Positions 17,753 to 30,335 of a DNA stretch of 64,000 nucleotides are shown here, in pieces. A program made the position numbers and the translations under genes. The notes under the pieces are model-generated. The model was given only the letters and a program-made list of their open reading frames with translations, was not told the origin of the DNA and did no database searches. Numbering within the stretch: the first letter of the stretch is position 1; every line of letters starts with the position of its first letter. This DNA is from Acidithiobacillus sp. (GTDB taxonomy: Bacteria; Pseudomonadota; Gammaproteobacteria; Acidithiobacillales; Acidithiobacillaceae): positions 45,031 through 109,030 of the forward strand of contig NZ_JAGDWX010000018.1 of the NCBI RefSeq assembly GCF_023256195.1, in the 5' to 3' direction.

Positions 17753-18762
17753 GGCCTGACGGACGACGGTGCCCACGGTGCGAACCACTCTCGATAGGGT
17801 GCCAGTTCCGGATCGCGTCCCAGACCCTGCCAGACGTAAGACCAGAAGCGCGGCAGAAACTCCAGGTAGTGCTCCTTGCCATCCCGTCGGGCGAGGCGGC
17901 AGAAGATCCCCAGGATCTTGAGATTGCGCTGCAGGGCCATGCTCTGCACCTGCTCGGCGAAGCGTTCCGGAGGCGGTGGCGCAAATCCGCAATCGGCGAG
18001 GCGCTGGCGGTAGCTCTCGATCCAGGCGGCGCGCTGCTGCGGGCCCCAGTCCCAGTATCGATCCCAGAGCAGCGAGGCGAGATCGTAGGTCCAAGGACCT
18101 TCCACCGCGTCCTGAAAATCGATGAGGGTCAGCTCCCCCGTGCGCGGATGCATGAGGATATTGCGGGCGTGGAAGTCGCGGTGCACCCACACCCTTGGCT
18201 GCGCCAGGGCCCGCGCCACCAGGGTGGCAAAGAGATCGTCCAGCGCCTTTGCCGCTGCGGATGATAAGGGACGTTCCTGCTGGCAGGGGAGGTACCAATC
18301 GCGAAAGAGCTGCAATTCGCCGTCCAGGCGAGCGCGGTCGTAGACAGGCAGAGCCGGCCGCCCCCACTGGCCACGGCCCGCCGCGGCCAGGCGCAGGACG
18401 AGATCCAGGGCCGCCTCCATATTGGCGGCCACCGGCGCGCCACGATCCAGCCGCGCCTTGAGATCCTCGTCGCCAAGATCCTCCTGCAGGATGAGTCCAA
18501 GGCGCGGCTGCACGGCAAGGATACGGGGCACGGGCAGACCCGCCCTCTGCCAGCGGTACTGGACCCGGAGAAAAGGCAGGAGCTCGTCCCCAGGTGGAAA
18601 CTCGGCCAGTATGGCGCCACGCAGCCGCCAGTAGCGACGGGCGCTGGCATCGCCGCGCAGCGCCTCAATATGCGCATCCAACCGCTCCTGGGCAAGCCAG
18701 GACCGCACCTGGGCAGAGAGTGCAGGGGGTTCGACGACGGCAGTAGCGGGCGATTGCGACAT
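17749..18762 (-). CDS. amgK: Anomeric MurNAc/GlcNAc kinase-like phosphotransferase (APH family)
   Basis: GDASARRYWRL, catalytic HRDFHARNILM, and IDFQDA motifs. Confidence 0.8.
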   Translation of the reverse strand: MSQSPATAVVEPPALSAQVRSWLAQERLDAHIEALRGDASARRYWRLRGAILAEFPPGDELLPFLRVQYRWQRAGLPVPRILAVQPRLGLILQEDLGDEDLKARLDRGAPVAANMEAALDLVLRLAAAGRGQWGRPALPVYDRARLDGELQLFRDWYLPCQQERPLSSAAAKALDDLFATLVARALAQPRVWVHRDFHARNILMHPRTGELTLIDFQDAVEGPWTYDLASLLWDRYWDWGPQQRAAWIESYRQRLADCGFAPPPPERFAEQVQSMALQRNLKILGIFCRLARRDGKEHYLEFLPRFWSYVWQGLGRDPELAPYREWFAPWAPSSVRP

Positions 18763-18791
18763 GCGCGCATTCTGTGCGATTTTAGGCGCCT

Positions 18792-21014
18792 ATGAAAGCG
18801 CCCAACGCTAGCTCAGGCGGTGCCACACGGGTTTGCGGTCGACGCGCGCGTCGCCTGGGCCAGGCTCGTCGGCGCGGCGCGCGCAGTGGCCGTGTTGCAG
18901 CTTCCTGGCGACTCTATCTGCTCGCCCTGCTCGGTCTTGCTCCGAGCGTCTGGGGGGCGACGACCGGGCCCATCACCCTGTATGCCGATCACGTCCAGGG
19001 GGTCGCCAGCGGCCAATGGACCGCCAGTGGCGATGTCGAGGTGCTTTACGGCGACCGCCGCCTCTACGCCGACGAGGTGCACTACCGCCAGGATGAAGAC
19101 GAGATCGTCGCCACTGGCCACGTGCGCATGGTCAGCCCTGGACTCGTCACCGCCGCGCCCAAGGCCATCGTCCACGTCCAGGCCAACCAAGGCATCGTCC
19201 TGCAACCCCGCTACCTGCTGGAGGCTCAACACGGTCACGGCCACGCGCGCCAGGGCGAGGAACTGGGAAAAGGCCGCTATCGCCTCAACGAGGCCTGTTA
19301 CACCACCTGCGACGGCAAGGTTCCGGCCTGGCAACTCTGGTCCAGCCAACTGGACCTGAACCAGAACGACGACTACGTCACCACCCGGGATACTACCCTC
19401 AACGTCTTCGGCCTGCCGGTATTCTGGCTGCCTTACCTGAGCTTTCCGCTGAAGCGCCACTCCGGCTTCCTGGCACCGACCTTCGGCAGCTCCACCGTCA
19501 ACGGACTGACCCTGGGGATACCCTACTATTTCAACATCGCCCCCAACCTGGACGATACCTTGACAGTGCTGGGCTTCACCAAGCGGGGCGTCATGCTGCA
19601 GAACCAGTTCCGCTATCTTGAACCCAGCTATTCCGGACGACTCAACCTGGATCTGCTGCCTGCCGATCGTCTGACCCATAACACCATCTGGGCCGTGTCC
19701 TGGCAGCACCAGCAGGATCTGGGCGATGGGTTCAGCCTATCCGCCAACATCAATCGCGTAAGCTATCGTAATTTTCTCTCGGATTTCGGCGGCACGACGG
19801 GCTTCGGCAGCAGTTTCCTGGGCGGCATCGGCAATGCCCCCTACCTGACCTCGGCGGCGGGCGTGTACTACGGCAACGCACACCTCCATGCCGGCGCCGT
19901 ACTCCAGAGTTATCAGGAACTGGCACCGGGTGGCGTTGCCCCCTACTCCCAGCTGCCCTACCTCTACGCCAATGGCTACTGGCGTCTCGGGAATCGGGGC
20001 TACTTCGATTGGCGCAGCAATTTCAACTACTTCTATGCTTCGGCGGGGCCCATCGGCGAGCGCCTGGACCTGACCCCCACCATCGGCTGGCGCTTCAGCC
20101 GCGCCTGGGGATTCCTGGACCCCAAGGCGCGGCTCTACTACAGCTACTATCAGATCCAGCGCAATCCACCCTACAGTCGCGCCATCAGTCGCACCCTGCC
20201 AGCCCTGAGCCTCAAGGGCGGCCTCAATTTCATCCGCTACGACGGGGACGATGGCGTCACACTCCTGCAGCCGATCTTCAAGTACCTCTATATCCCGCTG
20301 CGGGCGCAGAACGATATCCCGCTCTTCGACACCAGTCTGCCCTTTCCCAACTACGACACCATTTTTACGGACAACAGCCTGTTCAGCGGCAGCGACCGCA
20401 TCAATGCTGCCAACCAGATCGTCTATGGCCTGCAGGGCAGCCACCAGAGCGCGACCGGACGTCAGATCTGGCAGGCGGCCATCGGCCAGATCCGCTACTT
20501 CAATCGCCAGCAGATCGACCTGGCCGGCAATATCGTCCCGCAGAATCCGCAGTCCGATTATTTTCTGCAGGGGGAATACTCCCCCATGCCGGATCTCTAC
20601 CTCTTGGGCAGCGGTCAGGCGCGCTCGGGCTGGCAGCGGCTGGAGCGCGCCGATTTTCGCGCCCAGTGGCTGCCGGGGGCGGGCAAGGTGCTCAATCTCG
20701 ATTATCGCTACACCCGGCACTATGTGAATCAGGCAGGAGTATCCGCCGCCTGGCCGCTCTTCCGCCAATGGCGGGTGCTCGGCAGCTATCAGTACGATGT
20801 CAGCAATCACAAGCCCTTGGAGGAACTGGTGGGGATCGGCTATGATGGCGGCTGCTGGGCAGCCCAACTCATGGTCTATCATCAGATACTTTTGGGTGGG
20901 CAGACCAACAATGCCGTTTATCTCGAGATTGTGTTGCGCGGCCTGACCAGTGTGGGCAATGCCTCCAACGGCTTGCTCAACCAGTATGTGCCGGGCGCCA
21001 GCATGGAGTTCTGA
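18792..21014 (+). CDS. lptD: LPS assembly outer-membrane protein LptD
   Basis: 740 aa. OstA_N region (ADHVQG...GDVEVLYGDRRLYADEVHY) and a large C-terminal beta-barrel. Followed by surA. Confidence 0.9.
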   Translation: MKAPNASSGGATRVCGRRARRLGQARRRGARSGRVAASWRLYLLALLGLAPSVWGATTGPITLYADHVQGVASGQWTASGDVEVLYGDRRLYADEVHYRQDEDEIVATGHVRMVSPGLVTAAPKAIVHVQANQGIVLQPRYLLEAQHGHGHARQGEELGKGRYRLNEACYTTCDGKVPAWQLWSSQLDLNQNDDYVTTRDTTLNVFGLPVFWLPYLSFPLKRHSGFLAPTFGSSTVNGLTLGIPYYFNIAPNLDDTLTVLGFTKRGVMLQNQFRYLEPSYSGRLNLDLLPADRLTHNTIWAVSWQHQQDLGDGFSLSANINRVSYRNFLSDFGGTTGFGSSFLGGIGNAPYLTSAAGVYYGNAHLHAGAVLQSYQELAPGGVAPYSQLPYLYANGYWRLGNRGYFDWRSNFNYFYASAGPIGERLDLTPTIGWRFSRAWGFLDPKARLYYSYYQIQRNPPYSRAISRTLPALSLKGGLNFIRYDGDDGVTLLQPIFKYLYIPLRAQNDIPLFDTSLPFPNYDTIFTDNSLFSGSDRINAANQIVYGLQGSHQSATGRQIWQAAIGQIRYFNRQQIDLAGNIVPQNPQSDYFLQGEYSPMPDLYLLGSGQARSGWQRLERADFRAQWLPGAGKVLNLDYRYTRHYVNQAGVSAAWPLFRQWRVLGSYQYDVSNHKPLEELVGIGYDGGCWAAQLMVYHQILLGGQTNNAVYLEIVLRGLTSVGNASNGLLNQYVPGASMEF

Positions 21015-22450
21015 TGTCACACCCTCGTCTTGTCTTTGCTCTTGCGGTGGTCCTGTGCAGCGTCTCGGCGGCGAGTCTGGCCGATACGCCTTTCGTCAAT
21101 CGCGATTCCTTGCTGGCCCCCAGTGTCCTGGCAAAGCAGACGCCCGAGTCGGGCGGCGATCGAGTCTATTCCGAGAGTTCCGATCTGGCCCCCAGCGTCG
21201 CGCCTCTACCCAGCAACGCCGAGGATCTGGACAAGGTGGTCGCCGTCGTCAACGACAAGATCATCACTTCCCTGCAACTGGCGCAGCGGGTAGCGGCCAT
21301 TCGCGCCCGACTGCAGCAACAGGATCCCAATGCGCTGCCGCCAGAAGACGTCCTGCGGCGACAGGTTCTGCAGCAGATGATTCTGCAGGATATCGAACTG
21401 CAGATGGCCAAGCGGGCTGGAATCAAGGTGGACCAGGCGACGCTGGAGCAGGCCATCGGCAATATCGCCCGCGCCAACAACCTCACGCCCGATCAGCTGC
21501 GCCAGGCCCTGGAGCAGCAGGGTCAGTCCTGGACGCAGTTCGAGGACGATCTGCGCGATCGCATCCTGGTCGATCGCCTCACCCAGGAAGAGGTAGAGAG
21601 TCGCATCCACATCGGTCCCGACGAGGTCAAGACCTTCGCCCGTCAGCTCAAGGAGCTGGGCGGGGTGAGTTTCGACCTGCAGCAGATTTTCATTCCTCTG
21701 CCGGATAACCCGACCCCCGATGCCATCAGTGCTGCCCGCCGCCAGGCCCAGGAAGTGCGCGATCGTCTCATCGCTGGCGCGAGTTTCAGCCGCCTTGCCG
21801 CAGAAGTCAGCGGCAGCCGCGACGCACTCCAGGGAGGACGGCTGGGCTGGGTCAAGGCGGCAGAGCTTCCGCCCGCCATCAGCCAAACCCTCATGAGCCT
21901 CAAGCCCGGCGAGATCAGTCCAGTGATCCCCGGTCCCACGGGTTTCCACATCTTCAAGGTGCTGGACACCAAGCACGAGGAGCCGACGGTCACCGAGGTA
22001 AAGGCGGCCGCCATTGTCCTGCGCGCGGGCAACGGCCTGCAGCTGCAGGAGGCCGAGGCGCGCGCCCAGGATATCGAGACGGCGCTGCAGGGGGGTACCC
22101 GCTTCGCGGAATTGGCACGTCGCTACAGTCAGGACCCGAGTACCGCTGCCAGCGGTGGCGAGCTGGGCTGGGTAGCACCGGGCAAGCTCCCGGATGAGCT
22201 GGAGCGTACCCTCCTCGCCCTGCAGCCGGGTGCGGTGAGTAGCCCCGTGCGGGTAGGCGACGCCATCTACATCCTGCAAGCCCAGGCGCAGCGTCAGGTG
22301 CCCGTGGGGGATGAGCAGATCCTCGCGGCGGCACGCATGCAGCTTTACAACCGCATCGCCCGTCAGCGTCTGGAAGAATGGCAGCGCCGCATCCGCGACG
22401 GCGCCTACGTGGAGATCCTCGATCCGAGTCTGCGGAGCCAGGATGCCTGA
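21014..22450 (+). CDS. surA: Periplasmic chaperone / peptidyl-prolyl isomerase SurA
   Basis: Signal peptide, SurA_N region and two parvulin domains. TGATG overlap with lptD. Confidence 0.9.
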   Translation: MSHPRLVFALAVVLCSVSAASLADTPFVNRDSLLAPSVLAKQTPESGGDRVYSESSDLAPSVAPLPSNAEDLDKVVAVVNDKIITSLQLAQRVAAIRARLQQQDPNALPPEDVLRRQVLQQMILQDIELQMAKRAGIKVDQATLEQAIGNIARANNLTPDQLRQALEQQGQSWTQFEDDLRDRILVDRLTQEEVESRIHIGPDEVKTFARQLKELGGVSFDLQQIFIPLPDNPTPDAISAARRQAQEVRDRLIAGASFSRLAAEVSGSRDALQGGRLGWVKAAELPPAISQTLMSLKPGEISPVIPGPTGFHIFKVLDTKHEEPTVTEVKAAAIVLRAGNGLQLQEAEARAQDIETALQGGTRFAELARRYSQDPSTAASGGELGWVAPGKLPDELERTLLALQPGAVSSPVRVGDAIYILQAQAQRQVPVGDEQILAAARMQLYNRIARQRLEEWQRRIRDGAYVEILDPSLRSQDA

Positions 22451-22526
22451 ACTACCATCGGTCAAGACCGGAACAGCGCGTCCCGACCGAGGCGATACCG
22501 CAGTGCGGTCGGGTTCTCGCGAGCCC

Positions 22527-23306
22527 ATGGCCCGCCTGACCGGCCTCGCCCTCACGCCGGCCCTGACCCTGTTCCGCAAGGAGGTGCTGCGCTTTGCCAA
22601 GGTCTGGCTGCAGACCATCGCCGCGCCCCTGGTGACCACGCTTTTGTACCTGCTGGTCTTCGGCCATGCGCTGGGGGGACGGGTCACGGTCTATCCGGGA
22701 GTGGACTACACGACTTTCATCGTCCCCGGCCTGATGATGATGTCGGTGCTGCAGAACGCCTTTGCCAACAGCTCCTCCAGCCTCATCCAGTCCAAGGTCA
22801 CGGGCAATATCGTCTTCCTGCTGCTGTCGCCCCTCAGTCCCACGGAGATCTTTCTGGCCATGACCGCGGCATCCATCGTTCGCGGTGCCGCCGTCGGCCT
22901 GGCCATTCTGGCCCTGGCGCTGCTGTATCTGCAGATTCCCATCCTGCATCCCGGGTGGGTCGTGATCTTCACCGTCCTTGGCGCAGGCGGCATGGGGGCG
23001 CTCGGCATCATCGCCGGCCTGTGGGCGGAGAAATTCGACCAGATCGCCGGCTTCCAGAATTTTCTCATCATGCCCCTGACCTTTCTGGCCGGCGTCTTCT
23101 ACTCGGTGCAATCCCTGCCGGGTTTGTGGCGCAGCTTTTCCATGGTCAACCCCTTCTTCTACATCATCGACGGCTTTCGCTACGGTTTTTTCGCCGATGC
23201 CGATGTCTCGGTCTGGGCGAGCCTGGCCGTCGCTCTCGCGTTCTTCCTGCTTGCTGCGGGTTGGGCCTGGTGGTTGCTCCATCGCGGCTACAAGCTCCGC
23301 CCCTGA
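22527..23306 (+). CDS. ABC-2 type transporter permease (YadH-like)
   Basis: 259 aa from ATG 22527, six predicted TM segments and an ABC-2 family N-terminus (FRKEVLRFAKVWLQTIAAPLVTTLLYLLVFG). No adjacent ATPase gene. Confidence 0.8.
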   Translation: MARLTGLALTPALTLFRKEVLRFAKVWLQTIAAPLVTTLLYLLVFGHALGGRVTVYPGVDYTTFIVPGLMMMSVLQNAFANSSSSLIQSKVTGNIVFLLLSPLSPTEIFLAMTAASIVRGAAVGLAILALALLYLQIPILHPGWVVIFTVLGAGGMGALGIIAGLWAEKFDQIAGFQNFLIMPLTFLAGVFYSVQSLPGLWRSFSMVNPFFYIIDGFRYGFFADADVSVWASLAVALAFFLLAAGWAWWLLHRGYKLRP

Positions 23307-23357
23307 GCACACCCCCAGGGATCAACAGCGTGCATTTTTTGAGGTAGAATCCCGGCC

Positions 23358-23597
23358 ATGAACGCAGATACCATTCGCGAGCTTATCCAGTCCGGCCTGC
23401 CCGGTGCCCAAGTCCGGGTTCTGGGAGACGACGGGGCACATTTCGAAGCGGTGGTCATTGCCCCACAGTTTGTCGGGCGTTCGCTGGTGCAGCGTCACCA
23501 GCAGGTCTATGCCTGCCTGGGCGACCGCATGCGTGCGGAGATACACGCCCTGCAGTTGCGTACGCTCAGTCCGGACGAGGTCGACAAAGCTTCCTGA
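23358..23597 (+). CDS. ibaG: BolA-family protein (IbaG/YrbA-like)
   Basis: 79 aa. HFEAVVIAPQFVGRSLVQRHQQVY BolA motif. The position upstream of murA is conserved. Confidence 0.85.
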   Translation: MNADTIRELIQSGLPGAQVRVLGDDGAHFEAVVIAPQFVGRSLVQRHQQVYACLGDRMRAEIHALQLRTLSPDEVDKAS

Positions 23598-23643
23598 GAG
23601 CGCGTCCTGCGGGCGCGCCCTCCCATTCCCAAACGAGGTGCAT

Positions 23644-23976
23644 ATGGCCAGTATTCAAGATCTGATCCAGGAGCAGGTGCAAAAGCACCCCATCGTCCTC
23701 TACATGAAGGGCAATCCGCGCATGCCCCAGTGCGGGTTCTCCGCGCGTGCCGTGCAGCTCTTGCAGCAGGCAGGTGCCAAGGAGGTCTTCACCGTAGACG
23801 TCCTGGCCGACCCGCAGATCCGCGACGGCATCAAGCAGTATTCCAACTGGCCGACCATTCCGCAGCTCTACATCGGCGGCGAATTCATCGGCGGTTCCGA
23901 CATCATGGCCGACCTCTACCAGCAGGGCGAACTGCATAAGTTGGTGGCCAACGTCCAGAAGAGCCAGGACGCCTGA
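23644..23976 (+). CDS. grxD: Monothiol glutaredoxin (Grx4 type)
   Basis: 110 aa from ATG 23644. CGFS active site (PQCGFSARAV) and WPTIPQLYIGGEFIGG. Confidence 0.9.
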   Translation: MASIQDLIQEQVQKHPIVLYMKGNPRMPQCGFSARAVQLLQQAGAKEVFTVDVLADPQIRDGIKQYSNWPTIPQLYIGGEFIGGSDIMADLYQQGELHKLVANVQKSQDA

Positions 23977-25894
<1,918 letters not shown>

Positions 25895-25898
<4 letters not shown>

Positions 25899-27193
25899 AG
25901 CGCCTCAGGAGCCGCGACCCCCACTTTGCCGAAGCCTTGCACCGGCTGCACGACTGGGATGCCAATCTGGATCCGGCGGTGGAAGGCCGGGTACGAGAGA
26001 TCCTCGCCGCCGTGCGCGAGCGGGGCGACGTGGCCCTTCTGGAATACACGGCACGCTTCGATGGCCTCCATCTGACCCAGGCAGCGGAACTGGAAATCCC
26101 ACGCCACCATTGGGAACACGCGCTGGCCAATCTGAGCGGGGCGGAGCGCGAGGCCCTGGAGCAGGCTGCCCAACGTATCCGCCAATACCACGAACGGCAG
26201 AAGCTGGAGTCCTGGCAGTACCGGGAGGCCGACGGCACGGTCCTCGGCCAGCGCGTCCTGCCCCTGGCCCGGGCGGGCATCTACGTGCCGGGCGGCAAGG
26301 CCGCCTACCCGAGCTCCGTGCTCATGAACGCCATCCCTGCACGCGTTGCCGGTGTGGAAGAGATCGTCATGACGGTGCCCACCCCACGGGGCGAGGTGAA
26401 TCCCTGGGTGCTGGCAGCGGCGGCCGTGGCGGGAGTGGATCGCGTCTTCCGCCTGGGTGGCGCCCAGGCGGTGGCGGCCTTGGCCTATGGCACCGAGCTC
26501 GTGCCCGCCGTGGACAAGATCGTCGGACCCGGCAACACCTACGTCGCCACGGCCAAGCGCATGGTCTTTGGGCGCGTTGGTATCGACATGATCGCCGGCC
26601 CCAGCGAGATCCTGGTCATCAGTGACGGTAGTGCCCCCGCCCAATGGCTGGCCTGGGATCTGCTCTCCCAGGCCGAACACGACGAGCTTGCCCAGAGCAT
26701 CTTCATCACCTGGGATGCCGAGCACCTGGAGGCAGTGGCCCAGGCGGTGGAAGAGGCCCTGGAAAAGCTGGATCGGGCACCCATCGCCCGGGAAAGCTGG
26801 CAGCAGCGGGGTGCTCTGATTCTGGCGGAGGACGCCGCCGACGCCTGCCGCATTGCCGATCAGATCGCGCCGGAACACCTGGAGCTTGCCGTCACCGATC
26901 CCGAGGCCCTGCTCGACCAGGTACACAACGCCGGCGCCATCTTCCTCGGCATCCACAGTTGCGAGGCTCTGGGCGATTACGTGGCCGGTCCCAACCACGT
27001 CTTGCCCACCGGCGGCAGTGCCCGCTTCTCGTCCCCCCTGGGCGTCTACGATTTCGTCAAGCGCAGCAGCCTCATCGGCGCCAGTGCGGCGGGTGCTGCC
27101 CGCCTGGGTGCCCTGGCGGAGCGTCTGGCGACGGCCGAGGGTCTGACGGCCCACGCCCGCTCTGCGGCGGCGCGCATTCCCGGTCGCAGCTGA
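25895..27193 (+). CDS. hisD: Histidinol dehydrogenase
   Basis: 432 aa from ATG 25895, with an ATGA overlap with hisG. The upstream 322 codons of the track ORF were rejected. Confidence 0.95.
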
Positions 27194-27199
27194 CCCCCC

Positions 27200-28276
27200 A
27201 TGGACAGCGCCCTCAACGCCCTGCAGGAAGCCCTGCTCCGTCCCGAACTGCGGACGGGCAAGGCCTACCACGTGGCCGATGCCCGAGGCCTGGTCAAGCT
27301 GGATGCCATGGAGAATCCCTACGGCCTGCCAGAGGCTCTGCGCTCGGATTGGCTCGCCCGGCTGCGGGAGGCGCCCCTCAACCGCTACCCCGACCCGCGA
27401 CCCCAGGCCCTGCTCGCCGCCCTCGCCCGCCATGGCGGCATCCCCGAGAGTCAGGAACTCATGCTCGGCAACGGCTCCGACGAGCTCATCCAGCTTCTGA
27501 TCCTGGCGGTGGCGCACACGGGACGTCCGGTGCTCGCTCTGGAACCGAGCTTCGTGATGTACCGCATCATCGCCGAGCATTTCGCCCTGCCCTTCGTGAG
27601 CGTCCCCCTGGACGACGATTTCCGCTTGGATCTGTCCCGGTTTCTGGAGGAGATGGCGGCCCAGCAGCCGGCCATCGTCTTCATCGATTGGCCCAATAAC
27701 CCGAGCGGCCAATGTCTGCCGGAGGAGGATCTGGAGGCCATCGTCGCCGCGGCCCCCGGACTCGTGGTGGTGGACGAGGCCTATCACCCCTTCAGTGGTC
27801 TGAGCTTTGCGCCACGCCTGGGACGCTATCCCAACCTGCTGCTCCTGCGCACGCTCTCCAAGGAGGGTCTGGCCGGTCTGCGCCTGGGCTATCTCGCCGG
27901 ACCGAAGGCCTGGATCGAAGTCCTGGATCGCCTGCGTCTACCCTACAACATCAATATCTTGAGCCAGCTCAGTCTGGACTTTTTCCTGACGCACGCCGAG
28001 CTTCTGGCGGAGCAGGCCGAGGCCATCTGCCGCGAACGGGAACGCCTTACCGAGGCCCTACGCGAACTGCATGTCCAGGTATGGCCCAGCCGTGCCAATT
28101 TTCTGCTCTTTCGCCTCCCCGGACGGGCGGCGGCCATTTATGAGGGTCTACGCGAGCGGGGCGTGCTCATCCGGGCCTTTACAGGACATCCGCGCCTGAG
28201 TGACCATCTACGGGTGAGTGTCGGCACCCCGGCCGAAAACGATCGCTTTCTGTCCGCCCTGGAGGGCCTCTTATGA
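27200..28276 (+). CDS. hisC: Histidinol-phosphate aminotransferase
   Basis: 358 aa. PLP-lysine region [16 protein letters not shown]. Confidence 0.92.
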   Translation: MDSALNALQEALLRPELRTGKAYHVADARGLVKLDAMENPYGLPEALRSDWLARLREAPLNRYPDPRPQALLAALARHGGIPESQELMLGNGSDELIQLLILAVAHTGRPVLALEPSFVMYRIIAEHFALPFVSVPLDDDFRLDLSRFLEEMAAQQPAIVFIDWPNNPSGQCLPEEDLEAIVAAAPGLVVVDEAYHPFSGLSFAPRLGRYPNLLLLRTLSKEGLAGLRLGYLAGPKAWIEVLDRLRLPYNINILSQLSLDFFLTHAELLAEQAEAICRERERLTEALRELHVQVWPSRANFLLFRLPGRAAAIYEGLRERGVLIRAFTGHPRLSDHLRVSVGTPAENDRFLSALEGLL

Positions 28277-28869
28277 CCGTCCGCCGCGCTGCCGTTCAGC
28301 GCAATACCCAGGAGACCCAGATCCGGGCCGCCATCGACCTGGACGGTGTCGGCCGGGCGAAACTCGCTTCCGGCATACCTTTCCTCGATCACATGCTCCA
28401 CCAGATTGCCCGCCACGGTCTTTTCGACCTGGAAATCGAGGCCCACGGAGATCTGGAGATCGACGCCCACCACACCGTCGAGGATATCGGCATCACCCTG
28501 GGCCAGGCCTTTGCCCAGGCCGTGGGCGACAAGGCCGGGATCCAGCGCTACGGGCACGCCTATGTACCTCTGGACGAGGCTCTGTCGCGGGTGGTGGTGG
28601 ATCTCTCGGGACGGCCGGGTCTCGTCCATGCGGTGGATTACCCCCGCGCCTTCATCGGCAGCTTCGACGTCGATTTGCTGCACGAATTCTTTCAAGGCTT
28701 CGTCAATCACGCTCAGCTCACCCTGCACATCGACAATCTGCGCGGACGCAACGCCCACCACATCGCCGAGACCATCTTCAAGGCCTGCGGTCGGGCCCTG
28801 CGGGTGGCGGTGAGCCCGGATCCGCGCCAAGGCGGCATCCCCAGCACCAAAGGGACCTTGAGCGGATGA
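28273..28869 (+). CDS. hisB: Imidazoleglycerol-phosphate dehydratase
   Basis: 198 aa. [20 protein letters not shown] and [12 protein letters not shown] motifs. Confidence 0.95.
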   Translation: MTVRRAAVQRNTQETQIRAAIDLDGVGRAKLASGIPFLDHMLHQIARHGLFDLEIEAHGDLEIDAHHTVEDIGITLGQAFAQAVGDKAGIQRYGHAYVPLDEALSRVVVDLSGRPGLVHAVDYPRAFIGSFDVDLLHEFFQGFVNHAQLTLHIDNLRGRNAHHIAETIFKACGRALRVAVSPDPRQGGIPSTKGTLSG

Positions 28870-29546
28870 GCCTGGGCTTCACCCACGTCGGCATCGTCGA
28901 CTATGGCATGGGCAATCTGCACTCCGTCGCCAAGGCGGTGGAGCATCTGGGCGCCACGGCCACCATCAGCAGTCGTGTCCCGGAACTGGCGCGCTGCGAC
29001 CGCATCATCTTCCCTGGCGTCGGCGCCTTCGGCGACTGCATGGCGGCCCTGGAAGATCGCGATCTTCTGGAATTCGTCACGGTGGCCGCCCGCAATCGTC
29101 CCTTCCTCGGCATCTGTCTCGGCATGCAGCTGCTCATGGAGTCCAGTAGCGAGCACGGCGAGCACGCCGGACTCGGCATTCTACCCGGCAGGGTCCTGCC
29201 CTTCCCGGAAGAAGCGCTCCTGGGCCCGGACGGTCGCCGGCTCAAGGTACCGCACATGGGGTGGAACGAGCTGCACCAGCTCATCGCCCATCCGCTTTTT
29301 GCGGGCATTCCCCAGGACGCCCACTACTATTTCGTCCATTCCTTCTATGTGGAACCGGCCCACCCCGATCTCTTGGCGGCCTCCAGCGATTACGGTTTCG
29401 CCTTCTGTGCCGCCATCGCCCAAGACAATATCTTTGCGCTGCAGTGCCATCCCGAAAAGAGTGGCGAAGCAGGCCTGCGCCTGCTGGGCAACTTTCTGCA
29501 GTGGAGCGGCGATTGCGGCAGCGATTGCGCGCCCATCGGCGGATAG
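28866..29546 (+). CDS. hisH: Imidazole glycerol phosphate synthase, glutaminase subunit
   Basis: 226 aa from ATG 28866, with an ATGA overlap with hisB. GATase triad motifs [11 protein letters not shown] and HPEKSG. Confidence 0.93.
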   Translation: MSLGFTHVGIVDYGMGNLHSVAKAVEHLGATATISSRVPELARCDRIIFPGVGAFGDCMAALEDRDLLEFVTVAARNRPFLGICLGMQLLMESSSEHGEHAGLGILPGRVLPFPEEALLGPDGRRLKVPHMGWNELHQLIAHPLFAGIPQDAHYYFVHSFYVEPAHPDLLAASSDYGFAFCAAIAQDNIFALQCHPEKSGEAGLRLLGNFLQWSGDCGSDCAPIGG

Positions 29547-29606
29547 AGGCAGGAAACGGGATTCCATGACCCGATATCGGAAGACGACGAGCACGGAGGA
29601 AACATC

Positions 29607-30335
29607 ATGCTGTTGATCCCCGCCATCGACCTCAAAGGCGGCAATTGTGTGCGGCTGCGCCAGGGGCGCATGGACGACGACACGGTCTTCTCCGACGACC
29701 CTGTGGCTACCGCCCGGCGCTGGGTGGAGGCGGGTGCCCAGCGTCTGCACGTGGTGGATCTGGACGGAGCGGTCCAGGGTGAGCCCGTCAATGCCGCCGC
29801 CATTGCCGCCATTTGCGCTACCTTTCCTGACCTCGAGGTGCAGGTAGGCGGTGGCATCCGCGACGAGGAACAGATCGAGGTCTACATCCAGGCAGGAGTG
29901 CGCTATGTGATCATCGGTACCCAGGCGGTCAAGGCCCCGGGCTTCGTCGCCGATGCCGCTGTCAGTTTTCCCGGCCACATTCTCGTAGGCATCGACGCCC
30001 GCGACGGCAAGGTGGCCACGGAAGGCTGGTCCAAGCTCTCCCGCCACGATCCCATCGATCTTGCCCAGCGCTTCGCCGCCGACGGCATCGAGGCCATCAT
30101 CTATACCGACATCAGCCGCGACGGCATGCTCAGCGGCCCCAACATCGAGGCTACCGTAGCCCTGGCGCAGGCCGTGCCGGTACCGGTCATCGCCTCCGGG
30201 GGTATCGCCAATCTCGAGCAGGTACTGGCATTGAAGGCCCACGAGGGTGACGGTATCGTCGGCGCCATCACCGGCCGCGCCATCTACGAAGGCAGCCTGG
30301 ACTACGCCAGCGCCCGGGCATTGGTGGAGGGCTGA
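29607..30335 (+). CDS. hisA: ProFAR isomerase
   Basis: [18 protein letters not shown]-terminus, 242 aa. Confidence 0.95.
   Translation: MLLIPAIDLKGGNCVRLRQGRMDDDTVFSDDPVATARRWVEAGAQRLHVVDLDGAVQGEPVNAAAIAAICATFPDLEVQVGGGIRDEEQIEVYIQAGVRYVIIGTQAVKAPGFVADAAVSFPGHILVGIDARDGKVATEGWSKLSRHDPIDLAQRFAADGIEAIIYTDISRDGMLSGPNIEATVALAQAVPVPVIASGGIANLEQVLALKAHEGDGIVGAITGRAIYEGSLDYASARALVEG

Noticed and set aside
19737-22687. 427-aa and 493-aa minus-strand ORFs
   Set aside because: They are antisense to lptD and surA. No motifs and typical GC-rich shadow frames.
29566-29616. 16-codon mini-ORF ([16 protein letters not shown]) in the hisH-hisA spacer, considered as a leader peptide
   Set aside because: It has no His run and no attenuator-like alternative hairpins, and it sits in the middle of the operon. 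Most likely chance.
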